From Trueperaceae bacterium (GTDB lineage: Bacteria > Deinococcota > Deinococci > Deinococcales > Trueperaceae): a stretch of DNA of 64,000 bases. Location of the stretch: assembly GCA_034520945.1 (NCBI GenBank), contig JAXHNB010000005.1, positions 576,001-640,000 on the forward strand, read 5' to 3'. A program made the translations under genes and the position numbers. Positions 43,273 through 55,293 of the stretch are shown piece by piece. How positions within the stretch are numbered: the first letter of the stretch is position 1; each line of letters begins with the position of its first letter. The notes under the pieces are model-generated. The model was not told where the DNA came from, did not search any database, and worked only from the letters and a program-made list of their open reading frames with translations.

Positions 43273-44260
43273 ACCCGAACACCCGCAAGGTTCTACGCCT
43301 GATCGTCCCGGTCGCCGTTCTCGGCATCTGGGCGTTCGCCATCGACCTTCCGCATCTGTTCTCACCGGAAACGACGATCAGCTCCAGCGAAGTCAACGAG
43401 AACTTCCAGGTGCTGGCCGGCGCGATCACGACCTTCGAAGACGCCATCGCGATCGACGACGATGGGAACGTCGGCATCGGCACCGGCAGCTCCGGCTTCC
43501 AGCTCGACGTGGTGGGCGGGATGCTCGCCACCGACGACGACCGTGCCATCATCGGCCGCCAGGGCACCAGATCCTGCGCTGGAACGTACGGTGTCGGCGG
43601 ATGCGCGACCACGGGGAACGGTGTCGTCGGTCGCGCCGGTGGCGGCATTGGCGTGCTCGGCGTCAGCGACACGCGCGGCGTGGTCGGCACCCAAGGGGAG
43701 ACGTCGTGCGCCGGCAGCTACGCCGTGGGCGGGTGCGGCACCACGGAGCGACGGCATCTACGGCCGGAGCCGCGACGGACGTGCAGGCGTGTTCGATGGA
43801 ACGGTGCAAATCAACGGCAACCTCAGCGTGTCGGGCACCAAGAGCTTCCGCATCGACCATCCTCTCGATCCCGACAACCGGTACCTGCACCACTTCGCTG
43901 TCGAATCCAACGAGGTGCTGAACGTCTACAGCGGCACCACGAGCCTGGATGCGGACGGCACGGCCGTCGTGCGATGCTCGGACTACTTCGAAGCGCTGAA
44001 CACGGACGTTCGTTACTGAGCTCGCCCATCGGCAGGCCATGCCGAACTTGCACGTGTCGGAGAAGTTCTCGCAAGGGCGCTTCGCCGTAGCCGAGGGACA
44101 GCCCGGTGCGGACGTCTCTTGGCAAGTCACGGCGGTCCGCAACGACGCAGGCCTGCGGGGCGGCAGGCTGCCCGTGGAGTTGGACAAGCCCGTCTCAGAA
44201 CGCGGCAGCTCCGAGGTGGACGGCCGTGGTACGGAGCCTGTCGCGAGGCGCGCGCCGTGA
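43269..44260 (+). CDS. Secreted fibre-like protein (frameshifted)
   Basis: Signal-peptide-like N-terminus, SSEVNENF, GNVGIGT, Gly-rich repeats, KSFRIDHPLDPDNRYLHHFAVES. Confidence 0.6.
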
Positions 44261-44291
44261 GGCCGTCGCCCGGCCGACGAGGTACGGCCTG

Positions 44292-45460
44292 ATGGCGGCT
44301 TCGTTCGCGGTCACGGCGTCGCCGGCGTCGTTGGCGTTGTCGCGTGGGAAGGGCGGCGCGGTCGTGGCGCAGGAGGTCACGTTCGCGGTGACGACGATAC
44401 GGGCCGCGCGACGGTGACCGGGTCGGGCCGCGGTGGAGCCGCTCGGTTCGGTGGGGGTCGGCGTGGTTGGAGGTGTTGGGGATCGGGAGCGGGATTTCGA
44501 GGCCAACGGCACGCACACCTTCACCGTGCGGGTCGCGCCGCCCGCGGACGCGCACGCCGGGCGGGCATCGTTTTCGCTTGAACGTGGTGGACGTGCATCG
44601 TCCCGACGAGGGCGAAGTGGAGGGACCCGAGGTGGATTCGAGGTGCCGCCGGCCCTTGTCGACGACGGGCCGGCGGTGCCGCGCTGGCTGTGGATCGCCA
44701 TCGCGGCGGTGGTGTTGGTCGGGGGTGCGGCGGCGCTGGCCGTGGCGTTCTGGCCGTTCGGTCCGAGCGAACGCGAGGTGCCCGGTCTGGCTGGCATGAC
44801 CGTCGCCGAGGCGACGGAGACGGCCGAAGGGGCCGGCTTCACGCTCGAGGTCGCCGACGCGCCGCGCCCCAGCGACGAGGTCGGGGCCGGCAGGGTCGCC
44901 GCGCAAGAGCCGGAGGCGGAGACGCTGGCCGAGCCGGGCAGCCCGGTCGTCGTGACGCTGGCTGGCGTACCGGACGTCGTGGGCATGGAGCGCGCCGACG
45001 CCGAACGCGCCCTGCGGGATGCGGGCCTCGCCGTGACGGTGGCGGGCCTGAGGGTCACCGGCTCGCACGCGCCGCGGCCGGGTCGTCTCGCGACCCGGGC
45101 CCGTCCGACGACGTCGAGCCCGGCGCGGAGGTCACCCTTCGTCGTCGAGGGGGTCGATGTGCCCCCATGGTGGGCGAGCACATCGACGACGCGCTCCGCA
45201 CGCTGGAGGGACCGGGCTGTCGTTCGAGCTGAACTCGGACTTCCGGAGCCGCCGTCCGGCCGGGACCGTCACCAGGCAGTCGATCGATGGCGGCGCAGCC
45301 GTGGATCCGGGAACCACCGTCTCGCTCTCCGTGGCAGCCACCTTCGGTGGCGGGTACCTGGAGGAGATCGACCCGGCCCTTCTCCGCCGCTTGAACGTTC
45401 CCCTTGGTCCCGGCAATGGACCGATTCCGCCGTTCGACTTCGAGCCTGGTCACGCGCTGA
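44292..45460 (+). CDS. Single-pass membrane protein 3: shared N-domain + TM + PASTA repeats (frameshifted; end approximate)
   Basis: VPGLAGMTVAEA..GRVAAQEP; VPDVVGMERADAERALRDAGL. Confidence 0.7.
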
Positions 45461-45484
45461 ACCCTGGCCGCGAGGAGGAACGCC

Positions 45485-46390
45485 ATGTCCCTGAATTCTT
45501 CCAAGATGTCGCGCACCTTCTCGGCGTGATCGCCGGATTCGCCGCCGGCGCGGTGGCCCTCGTCGACCTCATCGTGGTACCGGACAGTTCGCGTATGGCG
45601 TCTGGGCCGGCGGCGCTTCCTGGCGGGGCGCCGCACGCTGGCGGTGATCGCGGGAGCGCCGGCCAGTCCGCCGCGGCGGGCGCGAGCCCTGCCGGAGGTG
45701 GGCGCCGAGTACACCCGCGTCCCGCGGACTGGGTCACCTACATCGTCATGGCGCCCTTCGTTCGTCGGCATCGTCGTGACGTTCTTGGCCCCGCCGTGGG
45801 GGTAGCGCCCCCCGCCCGGCGGGTCACGAGATCCCGGCGCACCGGTTCCGGGCTGGGCGCGGGCGCGACGCCGCAGTGCCGGTGAAGCCGCTCCACCTGC
45901 TGATCCTCGTCGCCGGTGGTCGCGATCATGGCGTACCTGCTCACGCTGGCGATCGGGTCGCGGACCCGCAGCGACGAGGGGCCCCAGGGGCGCAACGGCG
46001 CACCTTCGACGTCGACGCGTCCTACCCGTTGCTCGGCAGCCTCGGCCGCTGGTTCAGCCCCGAGATGGAGCTTTCCGCAGGCGGCTCGGGTACGACCTGA
46101 GCGGTGGTCAGCGGGTGGAGCTTCCGCTGCCCGCGGAGGAACGACGCTACCGCCGCCTGGAACCTCGCGGCGACCGAGCCGCCGGCGCCCAGCGCGACCG
46201 CGTTGACGATCACCTACGCCCCGAGAACCAGCGGCAACGAGGACTACCCCGACGAACTCACCGAGACCAGCTCCTGGCCGGAAGACGCACGAGACCTGCC
46301 CGACGCGACCTTCCTGGTGTTGGACGGCGGGGGGACGCTCACCGTCGTGAACCGGTCGACCCGGCCCGCGGCGGATCGAGGTGCGGTGAG
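45485..46390 (+). CDS. Hypothetical membrane protein (heavily frameshifted)
   Basis: RBS GAGGAGG; hydrophobic segments spread over shifting frames. Confidence 0.3.
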
Positions 46391-46416
46391 GCGGCACACC
46401 GCGGCCGGTACGCGCC

Positions 46417-47128
46417 TCAGGCCCGGTCCAACCGCAACGCCTTCAGCACCGGCACCACCGAGCCGAACAGCAGCACCACGCACCAGACCGCCGCCAGGAT
46501 GCCTACCACGATGGCCGCCACCGCGTCGGTGATGGCGACGAGGAAGCCCGGCACGATCGCGTGCAGGAAGCTCACCACGATGTTGGCCAGCAGCGCGCTC
46601 AGCACCAGCGCCACCAGCCCCTTGTTCTGCACCATCCGCTGGTGCGCCAGCAGCGGCAGGCCGTGTAGCCGAGTACCGGGCGAGGACCAGACCCAGCGTC
46701 GTGGCCGCGGTCCCCGTGGGGAAGCTCGGCGTAGCGCGCGAAGTACACCGCCGTGCCGAACGGCGCCGCGGCCAGGAGCATCACCATCAGGATCAGCAGC
46801 CCCAGCGCCGTCAGGATCATGACGATCGCCCCGAGCAGCATCAGCAACGAGGCCAGCAGCGTCACCACGCCCTGGACGCGCCCGTGCACGCGTTCGGGCA
46901 CGATCAGCGAGGCCAGCATCAACGACAACGTGAGCAGCACCAGCCCGTCCACCAGCGCCATGTACGCGATGCCGCGCCCACGGTGCGCACGTCGCCGTCG
47001 GCCCAGGTCGGAACGATAGCGGGCAACCACGTGGATGCGCCCACCTCGATCAGGATCACGAAGACGGCCAGCACCACGGCCGCCACGAAGAACGGCCGGC
47101 GCAGCCTGTCCGCCACCTGCGTCGTCAC
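46417..47128 (-). CDS. Polytopic membrane protein (frameshifted)
   Basis: Three consecutive hydrophobic ORF pieces. Confidence 0.65.
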
Positions 47129-47154
47129 GTACGCAAGCTACCGCGGATGGCGGC

Positions 47155-47574
47155 TCACTTGTCCAGCGGGACGAGCGCGCTCGCGCACGCCCATCGGGGC
47201 GACGTGGGCGACGCGCATTGGCGTGCCTGAGCGCCCTTCGCCCGCACCGGCGTGAACACGTTCAGCGTCTCCGTCGGCCCGGGCGCGTCCTCGGGCACGT
47301 ACGCGGCGTGCGCGATGCCGCCCGGGATCGACAGCACCTCGCCCGCCGCCAGGTGCGTCTCGCCGTCGTCGAACACGAACACCAGCGCGCCGGCCTGCAC
47401 CAGGGTGAGCTGCTCGGCGGGGTGGGCGTGTCGCGGAAACGTCGTGCCCGGCTCGTAGCGGTACGCGATCAGCTCCAGGCGCTCGCCGGTCATGCGGCGG
47501 CGGGTCACGCCGCTGCGGGGTGTCTCGCCCGGCAGTTCGTCCAGGCGGACCTTCCGGGGCCGCGGTGCGTTCAC
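47155..47574 (-). CDS. Cupin-domain protein (3' end uncertain)
   Basis: FPRHAHPAEQ..IPGGIAH. Confidence 0.85.
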   Translation of the reverse strand: MNAPRPRKVRLDELPGETPRSGVTRRRMTGERLELIAYRYEPGTTFPRHAHPAEQLTLVQAGALVFVFDDGETHLAAGEVLSIPGGIAHAAYVPEDAPGPTETLNVFTPVRAKGAQARQCASPTSPRWACASALVPLDK

Positions 47575-48927
47575 GCCGCCACCTCGCCCGTCACGCGCTC
47601 CAGCGCCGCCGCCATGCCCTGCACGAGCACCTCCACCTCGTCCTCCGTGATCACGAACGGCGGCGCCAGCAGTGCGTGATCGCCACGCCGGCCGTCCACG
47701 TGCCCGCCGCCCTGATAGACGTACACGCCTTCGTCCAGGCAGGCGCGGGCGAAGCGGCCGCGCACGTCGGCTTCGGCCGGGAACGGCGTCATGCCGTCTC
47801 GTTCCGCGACGAACTCGACGCCCAGCAACAGTCCGCGGCCACGGATGTGACCGACGTGCGGGTGGTCGCCGAGGGTCTCCTGCAGGCGGCGTTTCAGGAG
47901 GGCGCCCAGCTCGGTGACGCGGGGGAGGAGCCCCTCGCGTTCGATTACGTCGATGACGTGACTGCCGACGGCGCAGCTCAGCGGGTTGCCGGCGAAGGTG
48001 TGGCCGTGCGGGAAGCCGCCCGGCGCGCGGCGCACCGCCTGGTCGTGCGCGTCGGGCACCAGCACCGCGCCGAGGGGCGCGTAGCCGGCGGAGAGGCCCT
48101 TGGCGGTGGTGATCATGTCCGGCGTCACGCCGGTGTGCTGCATCGCCCACCAGGCGGCCGGAGCGGCCGTTGCCGCTCATCACCTCGTCCGCGATGAACA
48201 GCACGTCGTGCCGGTCGCAGATCTCGCGGATGCGGGGCCAGTACCGCTCCGGCGGGTGCCGGCCGGGGGCGGAGGAGCCGACGACCGGTTCGGCGATGAA
48301 CGCCGCCACGTTCTCGGGCCCGACGTCCTGCAGACGCGTCTCCAGGTCGCTGGCGCACTCGACGTTGCAGCTGCTCGGTTCCTTGCCGAAGGGGCAGCGC
48401 GCGCACGAGGTCGGCGCGATCATCGGTTGCGCCTGCATCATCGGCGCGAACGGGTCGCGCCGTTGCGGGTGGCCCGACACGGACAGGGCGCCGAGGGTGG
48501 CGCCGTGGTAGCTGGTGCGGCGCGTCACCACCAGCGTCTTGTGCTCGAACCCGCGGGCGCGCTGCACCTGGCGGGCCAACTTGAGCGCCGTCTCGGTCGC
48601 CTCGCTGCCGCCGGAGGTGAACAGCACGCGGTCCAGGCCGGCGGGGGCGCGGGCGGCCAGGCGTTCGGCCAGCGCTTCGGCTTCGGGGGTGACGAACTTG
48701 CTGGGGTGCGCGAACGCCAGCCGGGACGCCTGCTGGGCCATCAGCGCCGCGATGTCCTGGCGGCCGTGCCCCAGCGAGGCGACGGCGGCGCCGGCGGCGG
48801 CGTCCAGGTAGCGGCGGCCGTGCTCATCGATCAGCCAGGTGCCCTCGCCGCGCACGATCCGGATGGGCGCGTGGGCGGGGTCGCGCAGGAACAGGGGGGA
48901 GGCGCGGGTGTCGGTCGGGGTCGTCAT
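47571..48927 (-). CDS. Class III aminotransferase (frameshift near 48150)
   Basis: [43 protein letters not shown]. Confidence 0.9.
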
Positions 48928-48952
48928 CGGGGTGCTCGGCGGGGCGTGCGGC

Positions 48953-50479
48953 TCAGGCCGCGGCGTCGCGGCGGCGGCCGGCCATCATCAGGCCCAGCGT
49001 TTCGGCGTCGGCCTCGGTGGCGGGCAGCTCGCCCATGAGGGTGCCTTCGAAGATGACGGCGATGCGGTCGCTGAGGGAGAGGATCTCGTTCAGGTCGGCG
49101 CTGACCAGCAGCACCGCCAGGCCCAGGTCGCGGGCGCGGACGATCTGGCGGTGGATGAACTCGATCGCGCCGATGTCCACTCCTCGCGTCGGTTGCGCCA
49201 GGATCAGCACCTTGGGGTCGCGTTCGAGCTCGCGCGCCACGATCAGCTTCTGCGCGTTGCCGCCCGAGTACGCCTGCGCCATCACGGTGGTCGAGCGGGG
49301 CCGCACGTCGTAGTCCTCGATGATGCGGCCGGCGTGATCTTGAATCGCCTTCAGGTTCAGGAATCCCTGCCGCGTGGCGAACGGCGGGTGGTGATGGTCG
49401 CCCAGCACCGCGTTCATCGCGGCGGAGTACGACGCCACCAGGCCGCGGGCGTTGCGGTCCTCGGGCACGTGGCTCATGCCGGCCGTCCGTCGCGCTCGGC
49501 CGGAGGTGTGCGTCACGTCCTCTCCCATCATGCGGATTTGGCCGCCGTCCGGCTGGCGCAGGCCGGTGATGCACTCCACCAGCTCGGTCTGGCCGTTCCC
49601 TTCGATGCCGGCGATGCCGAGGATCTCGCCGGCGCGGACCTGCAGGGACACGCCGCCGAGCACGTCGCGGGGCTTGACGGGGTGCGCCAGGCGCAAATCG
49701 CGGACCTCCAGGCGGACGTCCTTCGGGTCCGGCGGTTCCTTCTCGACCCGCAGCAGCACCTCGCGCCCCACCATCATGTTGGCCAGTTTCGGCGTGTCGG
49801 TCTCCTGCTTGCGGACGGTGCCGATCATCTGCCCGTCCCGCATCACGCTCATGCGGTCGCAGACCTCCATCACCTCGTCCAGCTTGTGGCTGATGAACAC
49901 CAGCGCGTTGCCGTCCGCGACGTACTCCTTCAGGAACTGGAACAACCCGCGGGTCTCCTGCGGCGTCAGCACCGCGGTCGGCTCGTCCATGATCAGGATC
50001 TTGGCGTCGCGGTACAGGGTCTTGAGGATCTCGACCTGTTGCTGGCGGCCGAGGGGCAGCTCGCCGACGGGCTGGTCGGGGTCGATGTCGAAGCCGAAAC
50101 GTTCGATCAGTTCCCGCGTGCGGGCGCGGGCGCGGGCGTAGTCGATCCGCGCGGCGCTGCCCGGTTCGCTGCCCAGCACCAGGTTCTCGGTGACGCTGAG
50201 CGGCTCCACCAGCATGAAGTGCTGGTGCACCATGCCGATGCCGCGGCGGATGGCGTCGCGCGCGTCGTGCATCACGGCCGGCTGGCCGTCGATGGCGATC
50301 TCGCCCTCGTCCGGGGGTTGCAGGCCGTAGAGGATCTTCATCAGCGTGGACTTGCCGGCGCCGTTCTCGCCGATCAGGCCGTGAACCTCGCCCCACGCGA
50401 CGCCAAAGTCCACCGCGTCGTTGGCCAGCACCAGCGGGAACCGCTTGGTGATTCCGCTCATCCGTACCGCGTCCGGCAT
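48953..50479 (-). CDS. Nucleoside/sugar ABC transporter, two-domain ATPase
   Basis: [34 protein letters not shown]. Confidence 0.93.
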   Translation of the reverse strand: MPDAVRMSGITKRFPLVLANDAVDFGVAWGEVHGLIGENGAGKSTLMKILYGLQPPDEGEIAIDGQPAVMHDARDAIRRGIGMVHQHFMLVEPLSVTENLVLGSEPGSAARIDYARARARTRELIERFGFDIDPDQPVGELPLGRQQQVEILKTLYRDAKILIMDEPTAVLTPQETRGLFQFLKEYVADGNALVFISHKLDEVMEVCDRMSVMRDGQMIGTVRKQETDTPKLANMMVGREVLLRVEKEPPDPKDVRLEVRDLRLAHPVKPRDVLGGVSLQVRAGEILGIAGIEGNGQTELVECITGLRQPDGGQIRMMGEDVTHTSGRARRTAGMSHVPEDRNARGLVASYSAAMNAVLGDHHHPPFATRQGFLNLKAIQDHAGRIIEDYDVRPRSTTVMAQAYSGGNAQKLIVARELERDPKVLILAQPTRGVDIGAIEFIHRQIVRARDLGLAVLLVSADLNEILSLSDRIAVIFEGTLMGELPATEADAETLGLMMAGRRRDAAA

Positions 50480-50646
50480 GGCGCGAGGATAGCACGGGGG
50501 GTCCGTGGAACGCGGCCTGGCGCGGGTTTCCCCGGCCGGCGGGGCGTGGCGTGGACGACGTCCCCACCGCGTCCCGCCGTGCTAGCGTAGTGGTGCATGG
50601 AAGGGTGGCGTAGCCTTCCAGGCAGGCAACAGGTGCTGGGACCCGT

Positions 50647-51003
50647 GGGGGCGATACGGCTTCGACGGGGCTCGACCAAGGCACCGGTCGCGCGTCGCGG
50701 ATGCAGTTGGCCGCGTCAACAAGCTGCACTGCCAATAACTGGCAACCAGAACTACGCTCTGGCTGCGTAACCCGTAGTCAGCGTCGCCTAGAAACCCCGT
50801 CGGTGGTTCGCTAGGTCCGACGTCCTGAAACCGACTGGCCCAACGGCCGTGGCGCCGGCCCGAGGGTAAGATTTTAGGCGCCTAAGCGCGCGGTTTCGCG
50901 GGTCTCCAGCCTGCCTCGCGCCGACAATCGATCGGAGACTACACGCGTAGAAGCCGGGCCAAGGGGGCCTCGGACGCGGGTTCGACTCCCGCCGCCTCCA
51001 CCA
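50647..51003 (+). ncRNA. ssrA: tmRNA, tag GNQNYALAA* at 50741-50770
   Basis: GGGGGCG..TTCGAC 5' end, T-arm GGGTTCGACTCCC, 3' CGCCTCCACCA, tag ending ALAA. Confidence 0.97.
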
Positions 51004-51006
51004 GCC

Positions 51007-51040
51007 GAACCGACCGGGCCACCCGCCCGGTCGGTTCCTT
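51007..51040 (+). terminator. Hairpin after ssrA
   Basis: GAACCGACCGGG / CCCGGTCGGTTC. Confidence 0.65.
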
Positions 51041-51122
51041 GTGTCGTTTCGCGAGGCGGAGGCGCGCTGCCGCGTGCGCACGCACGTGCGGAGCGTCCAA
51101 ACGCCCGCACCCCCGACCGCGA

Positions 51123-51515
51123 TCAGTCGCCCATCCCCACCACCCGCACCGGCACGCCCAGGTCCAAGTTCGCCCACGCCCGGTTCGTCGTCACCGCCGT
51201 GCCGCCGCGCACCTCCGCGCTGGCCAGGCAGGCCCGCGCGCCGAACGGCAGCGCCGCCCCGCCCGCCCGCTCGGCCAAGCGCCCCGCCGCGGCGCCCTCG
51301 TCGGGTGTGAACGGCGCCACCTCGAGTCCCAGCAGCAGCAGCTCGTCCAGCAACGTTTCGGTCTCCGCGCCCTGCGCCACCGAGCGGCGCACCACCTCCG
51401 CGAAGTTGACGCTGTTCAGCACCGCGCCGGCCAGGGGCACCTCGTCGTCGTCCACCTCGCCCTGCAGGAACGCCATCAGCGCCGAGGCGTCCAGCACCAC
51501 GGGGCCGCGGATCAC
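51123..51515 (-). CDS. VapC-like PIN protein
   Basis: VLDASALMAFL, NFAEV; some acidic active-site residues look replaced. Confidence 0.8.
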   Translation of the reverse strand: MIRGPVVLDASALMAFLQGEVDDDEVPLAGAVLNSVNFAEVVRRSVAQGAETETLLDELLLLGLEVAPFTPDEGAAAGRLAERAGGAALPFGARACLASAEVRGGTAVTTNRAWANLDLGVPVRVVGMGD

Positions 51516-51817
51516 CCCGGTCCGTCCTCGCGGGACGTTTCCTCGGCCCCGGCCCCGTCGTGCGTCGCCTCCTCGCGCCGGTCCGCCAGCAGCGCCTCCG
51601 CCTGCGAGGCGTCGGCGTCCTGGTAGCGCGCCCGCAGGCGCGCCAAAAGCGAGGCGCGCGCCTCGATCACCAGCCGGCCGTCCTCCAGCCAGGCGATCGC
51701 CTCCCCGGGTGCGTCCAGCCCCAGCTCGTCGCGGAACGGCTTCGGGATCAGCGCGCGGCCCTGCGCGTCCAAGCGGACGCGGAGCCGGCGCGGCGCGTCG
51801 GGCGTGCGGGCAGCCAT
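51512..51817 (-). CDS. AbrB-type antitoxin
   Basis: LDAQGRALIPKPFRDELGL. Confidence 0.82.
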   Translation of the reverse strand: MAARTPDAPRRLRVRLDAQGRALIPKPFRDELGLDAPGEAIAWLEDGRLVIEARASLLARLRARYQDADASQAEALLADRREEATHDGAGAEETSREDGPG

Positions 51818-52006
51818 GCCTCAGCCTAGCACCTGCCTGGCGCGATCTGGCACGCGGGCACGTCGTGCCAGATCCCGTCCGGCGGGCAGCGCGGCCGACA
51901 TCACCAAAACGCCGTCCCCGACGAGCGAAGCGGTGGTCGTGCCGCGCGCCGCGTGCTACACTCCTGGCAATTCACACCTGCCGCCAAGGCAACGAAGGAG
52001 GACGAC

Positions 52007-53107
<1,101 letters not shown>

Positions 53108-53127
53108 CGCGCCCTCCCGGCGCGCAC

Positions 53128-53160
53128 GGGCCCCGGCGACCGTACGCCGGGGCCCTGTTC
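53128..53160 (+). terminator. Hairpin after the ABC ATPase gene
   Basis: GGGCCCCGGCG / CGCCGGGGCCC. Confidence 0.55.
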
Positions 53161-53276
53161 GTGGGCGCCCCGCGGGCCGCCCACGACCCCGCCGCCCCGA
53201 CCGGCGCATACGACCCGCCCCGCCCCGTCGGCAACGACGCCGAGCCCCCGCCGGCGCCTCGGCTATGCTGAGCCGC

Positions 53277-55238
53277 ATGGTCCTCGCGGCGCTCCGGCAG
53301 GTCGACAAGCACTACGGCGAGCAGACCGTGTTGGGCGGCGCCACGCTCGAGATGCGCGGCGGCGACCGCATCGCCCTGATCGGCCGCAACGGCGCCGGCA
53401 AGAGCACCATCCTCCGCCTCCTGGACGGACGCGAACGGCCCGACGCCGGCGAGGCGTGGACCCGCGACGACGCCGTCGTGTCTCTCCTCACCCAGGACCC
53501 CGAGTTCCCGCCCGGCCACACCGTCCGCGAGGTGTGCGAGGCTGCGTTTCAGGACCTGGACGAGATGGAGGCCCGCCTGCAGGCGCTCGAGGCGGACGGC
53601 CTGGACGACCCCGACACCTTCGCGCGCTGGGAGGTGCAGCACGCCACCTTCGAACGGCGCGGCGGCTACAGGCGCCGCGCCCGCCGCGACATGGTGCTGC
53701 ACGCCCTGGCGTTCACGGGACGAGAGCACGAGGACGCCGGCCGCCTCAGCGGCGGCGAAAAGACCCGCCTGGCGCTGGCCCGCCTGCTGATGCGCCAACC
53801 CGACGTGCTGCTGCTGGACGAGCCCACCAACCACCTCGACGTCGAGATGCGCACCTGGCTGGAGAGCTACCTGGCGCACTACCCCGGCGCCGCCCTGATC
53901 GTCAGTCACGACCGCGCCTTCCTGGACGGCGCCTGCGACCAGACCGCCGAGGTCGGCCGCGGCCGCCTGCACGTCCGCCCCGGCAACCCCACCCGCTACC
54001 GCCAGGAACGCGCCGAGCAGGAACGGATCGAGGCCCGCACCCGCCACAACCAACACAAGGAGGAGGCCCGCCTGGAGGGCGCCGCTGCGAAGATGCGCAA
54101 GTGGGCGGGACAGAACGCCAAGCTGATGCGGCGCGCCAAATCGATGGAGACCCGGCTGGAACGCCACCGCCAGGGCATGCTGGACGACGCCGAACGCCCC
54201 GGCCGCACCGTCCGCTTCACCTTCCCCTGTGACCCGCGCGGCACCACCGTGCTGCAAGCCCACCACCTCTCCAAACGCTTCGGCGCCGAGGCGCTGTTCC
54301 AGGACGTCGCCGTCACCGTCCGCAACGGCGAACGCATCGCCGTCACCGGCCCCAACGGGGCGGGGAAGACCACCTTCCTGCGCGTCCTGCTGGGCGAACT
54401 GCCCAGCGACGACCCCCGCGCCCGCATCGACTACGGCACGCACGTGCGCGTCGGGTACTACGACCAGGAGCTCCGCGGCGTCGACCCCGAGTTCACCCTG
54501 ATCGAGGAGCTGATCCGCCTGGTCGGCGACCGCGAAGGGCACGACCTGCTCGGCAAGTTCATGTTCCCCTTCGGCGCGCAGTACAAGAAGGTCCGCGACC
54601 TCTCCGGCGGCGAGCGCGCGCGCCTGGCGCTGCTGAAGCTCACCCTCGGCCAGCACGACGTGCTGGTCCTCGACGAGCCCACCAACCACCTGGACGTCGA
54701 GATGATCGAAGCGCTCGAAGCCGCCCTGGACGTTTTCGAAGGCACCCTGCTGCTGGTCAGCCACGACCGCCGCTTCGTCTCCTCGCTGGCGACCCGCGTG
54801 TGGGAGATCCAGGACGGGCAGTTCGAGGACTACGAGGGCGACTGGTCGTTCTACGAGCGCAAGGCGCAGGAGCGGCGGACCGCCCTGCAAGAGGCGCAGG
54901 ACGCCTCCACCCCGCCGCCCGAGGCCGAGGCGCCCGCCCGGCACCAGACCCGCGCGGCCCGCGCGGCCGACGCCGCCGTCGACGCCCGCTTCCGCGACCT
55001 GAGCCCCTGGAAGCTGGAACGCGAGTTGGCGCAGCTGGAGGACCGCGTCGCAACGCTGGAATCCGAGCTGGCCGAGCTGCAGGGCCGCCTGGCCGATCCC
55101 GCCATGCACATTGGCGAGCACCTGGCGGAGTTGGGCCGCGCCCACGCCCGCACCGAGTCGGACCTGCTGGCCGCCATGGAGGCGTGGGAGGCGGCCGGCA
55201 AGGCGCTGGAGACCAAGCGCGCCGCCCGCGGGCAGTGA
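53277..55238 (+). CDS. ABC-F family ATPase (Uup-like)
   Basis: Two NBDs with LSGGE and DEPTNHLD; C-terminal coiled coil. Confidence 0.93.
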   Translation: MVLAALRQVDKHYGEQTVLGGATLEMRGGDRIALIGRNGAGKSTILRLLDGRERPDAGEAWTRDDAVVSLLTQDPEFPPGHTVREVCEAAFQDLDEMEARLQALEADGLDDPDTFARWEVQHATFERRGGYRRRARRDMVLHALAFTGREHEDAGRLSGGEKTRLALARLLMRQPDVLLLDEPTNHLDVEMRTWLESYLAHYPGAALIVSHDRAFLDGACDQTAEVGRGRLHVRPGNPTRYRQERAEQERIEARTRHNQHKEEARLEGAAAKMRKWAGQNAKLMRRAKSMETRLERHRQGMLDDAERPGRTVRFTFPCDPRGTTVLQAHHLSKRFGAEALFQDVAVTVRNGERIAVTGPNGAGKTTFLRVLLGELPSDDPRARIDYGTHVRVGYYDQELRGVDPEFTLIEELIRLVGDREGHDLLGKFMFPFGAQYKKVRDLSGGERARLALLKLTLGQHDVLVLDEPTNHLDVEMIEALEAALDVFEGTLLLVSHDRRFVSSLATRVWEIQDGQFEDYEGDWSFYERKAQERRTALQEAQDASTPPPEAEAPARHQTRAARAADAAVDARFRDLSPWKLERELAQLEDRVATLESELAELQGRLADPAMHIGEHLAELGRAHARTESDLLAAMEAWEAAGKALETKRAARGQ

Positions 55239-55293
55239 ACGGCCCGGTGGTACACTCGCTGCCACCGACCGATTTCCGTGCCGAGGAGGCCCC

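Noticed and set aside
50647..51003. ssrA or the tRNAs as the attachment site of an island
   Set aside because: I saw no duplicated 3' end and no integrase in the window.
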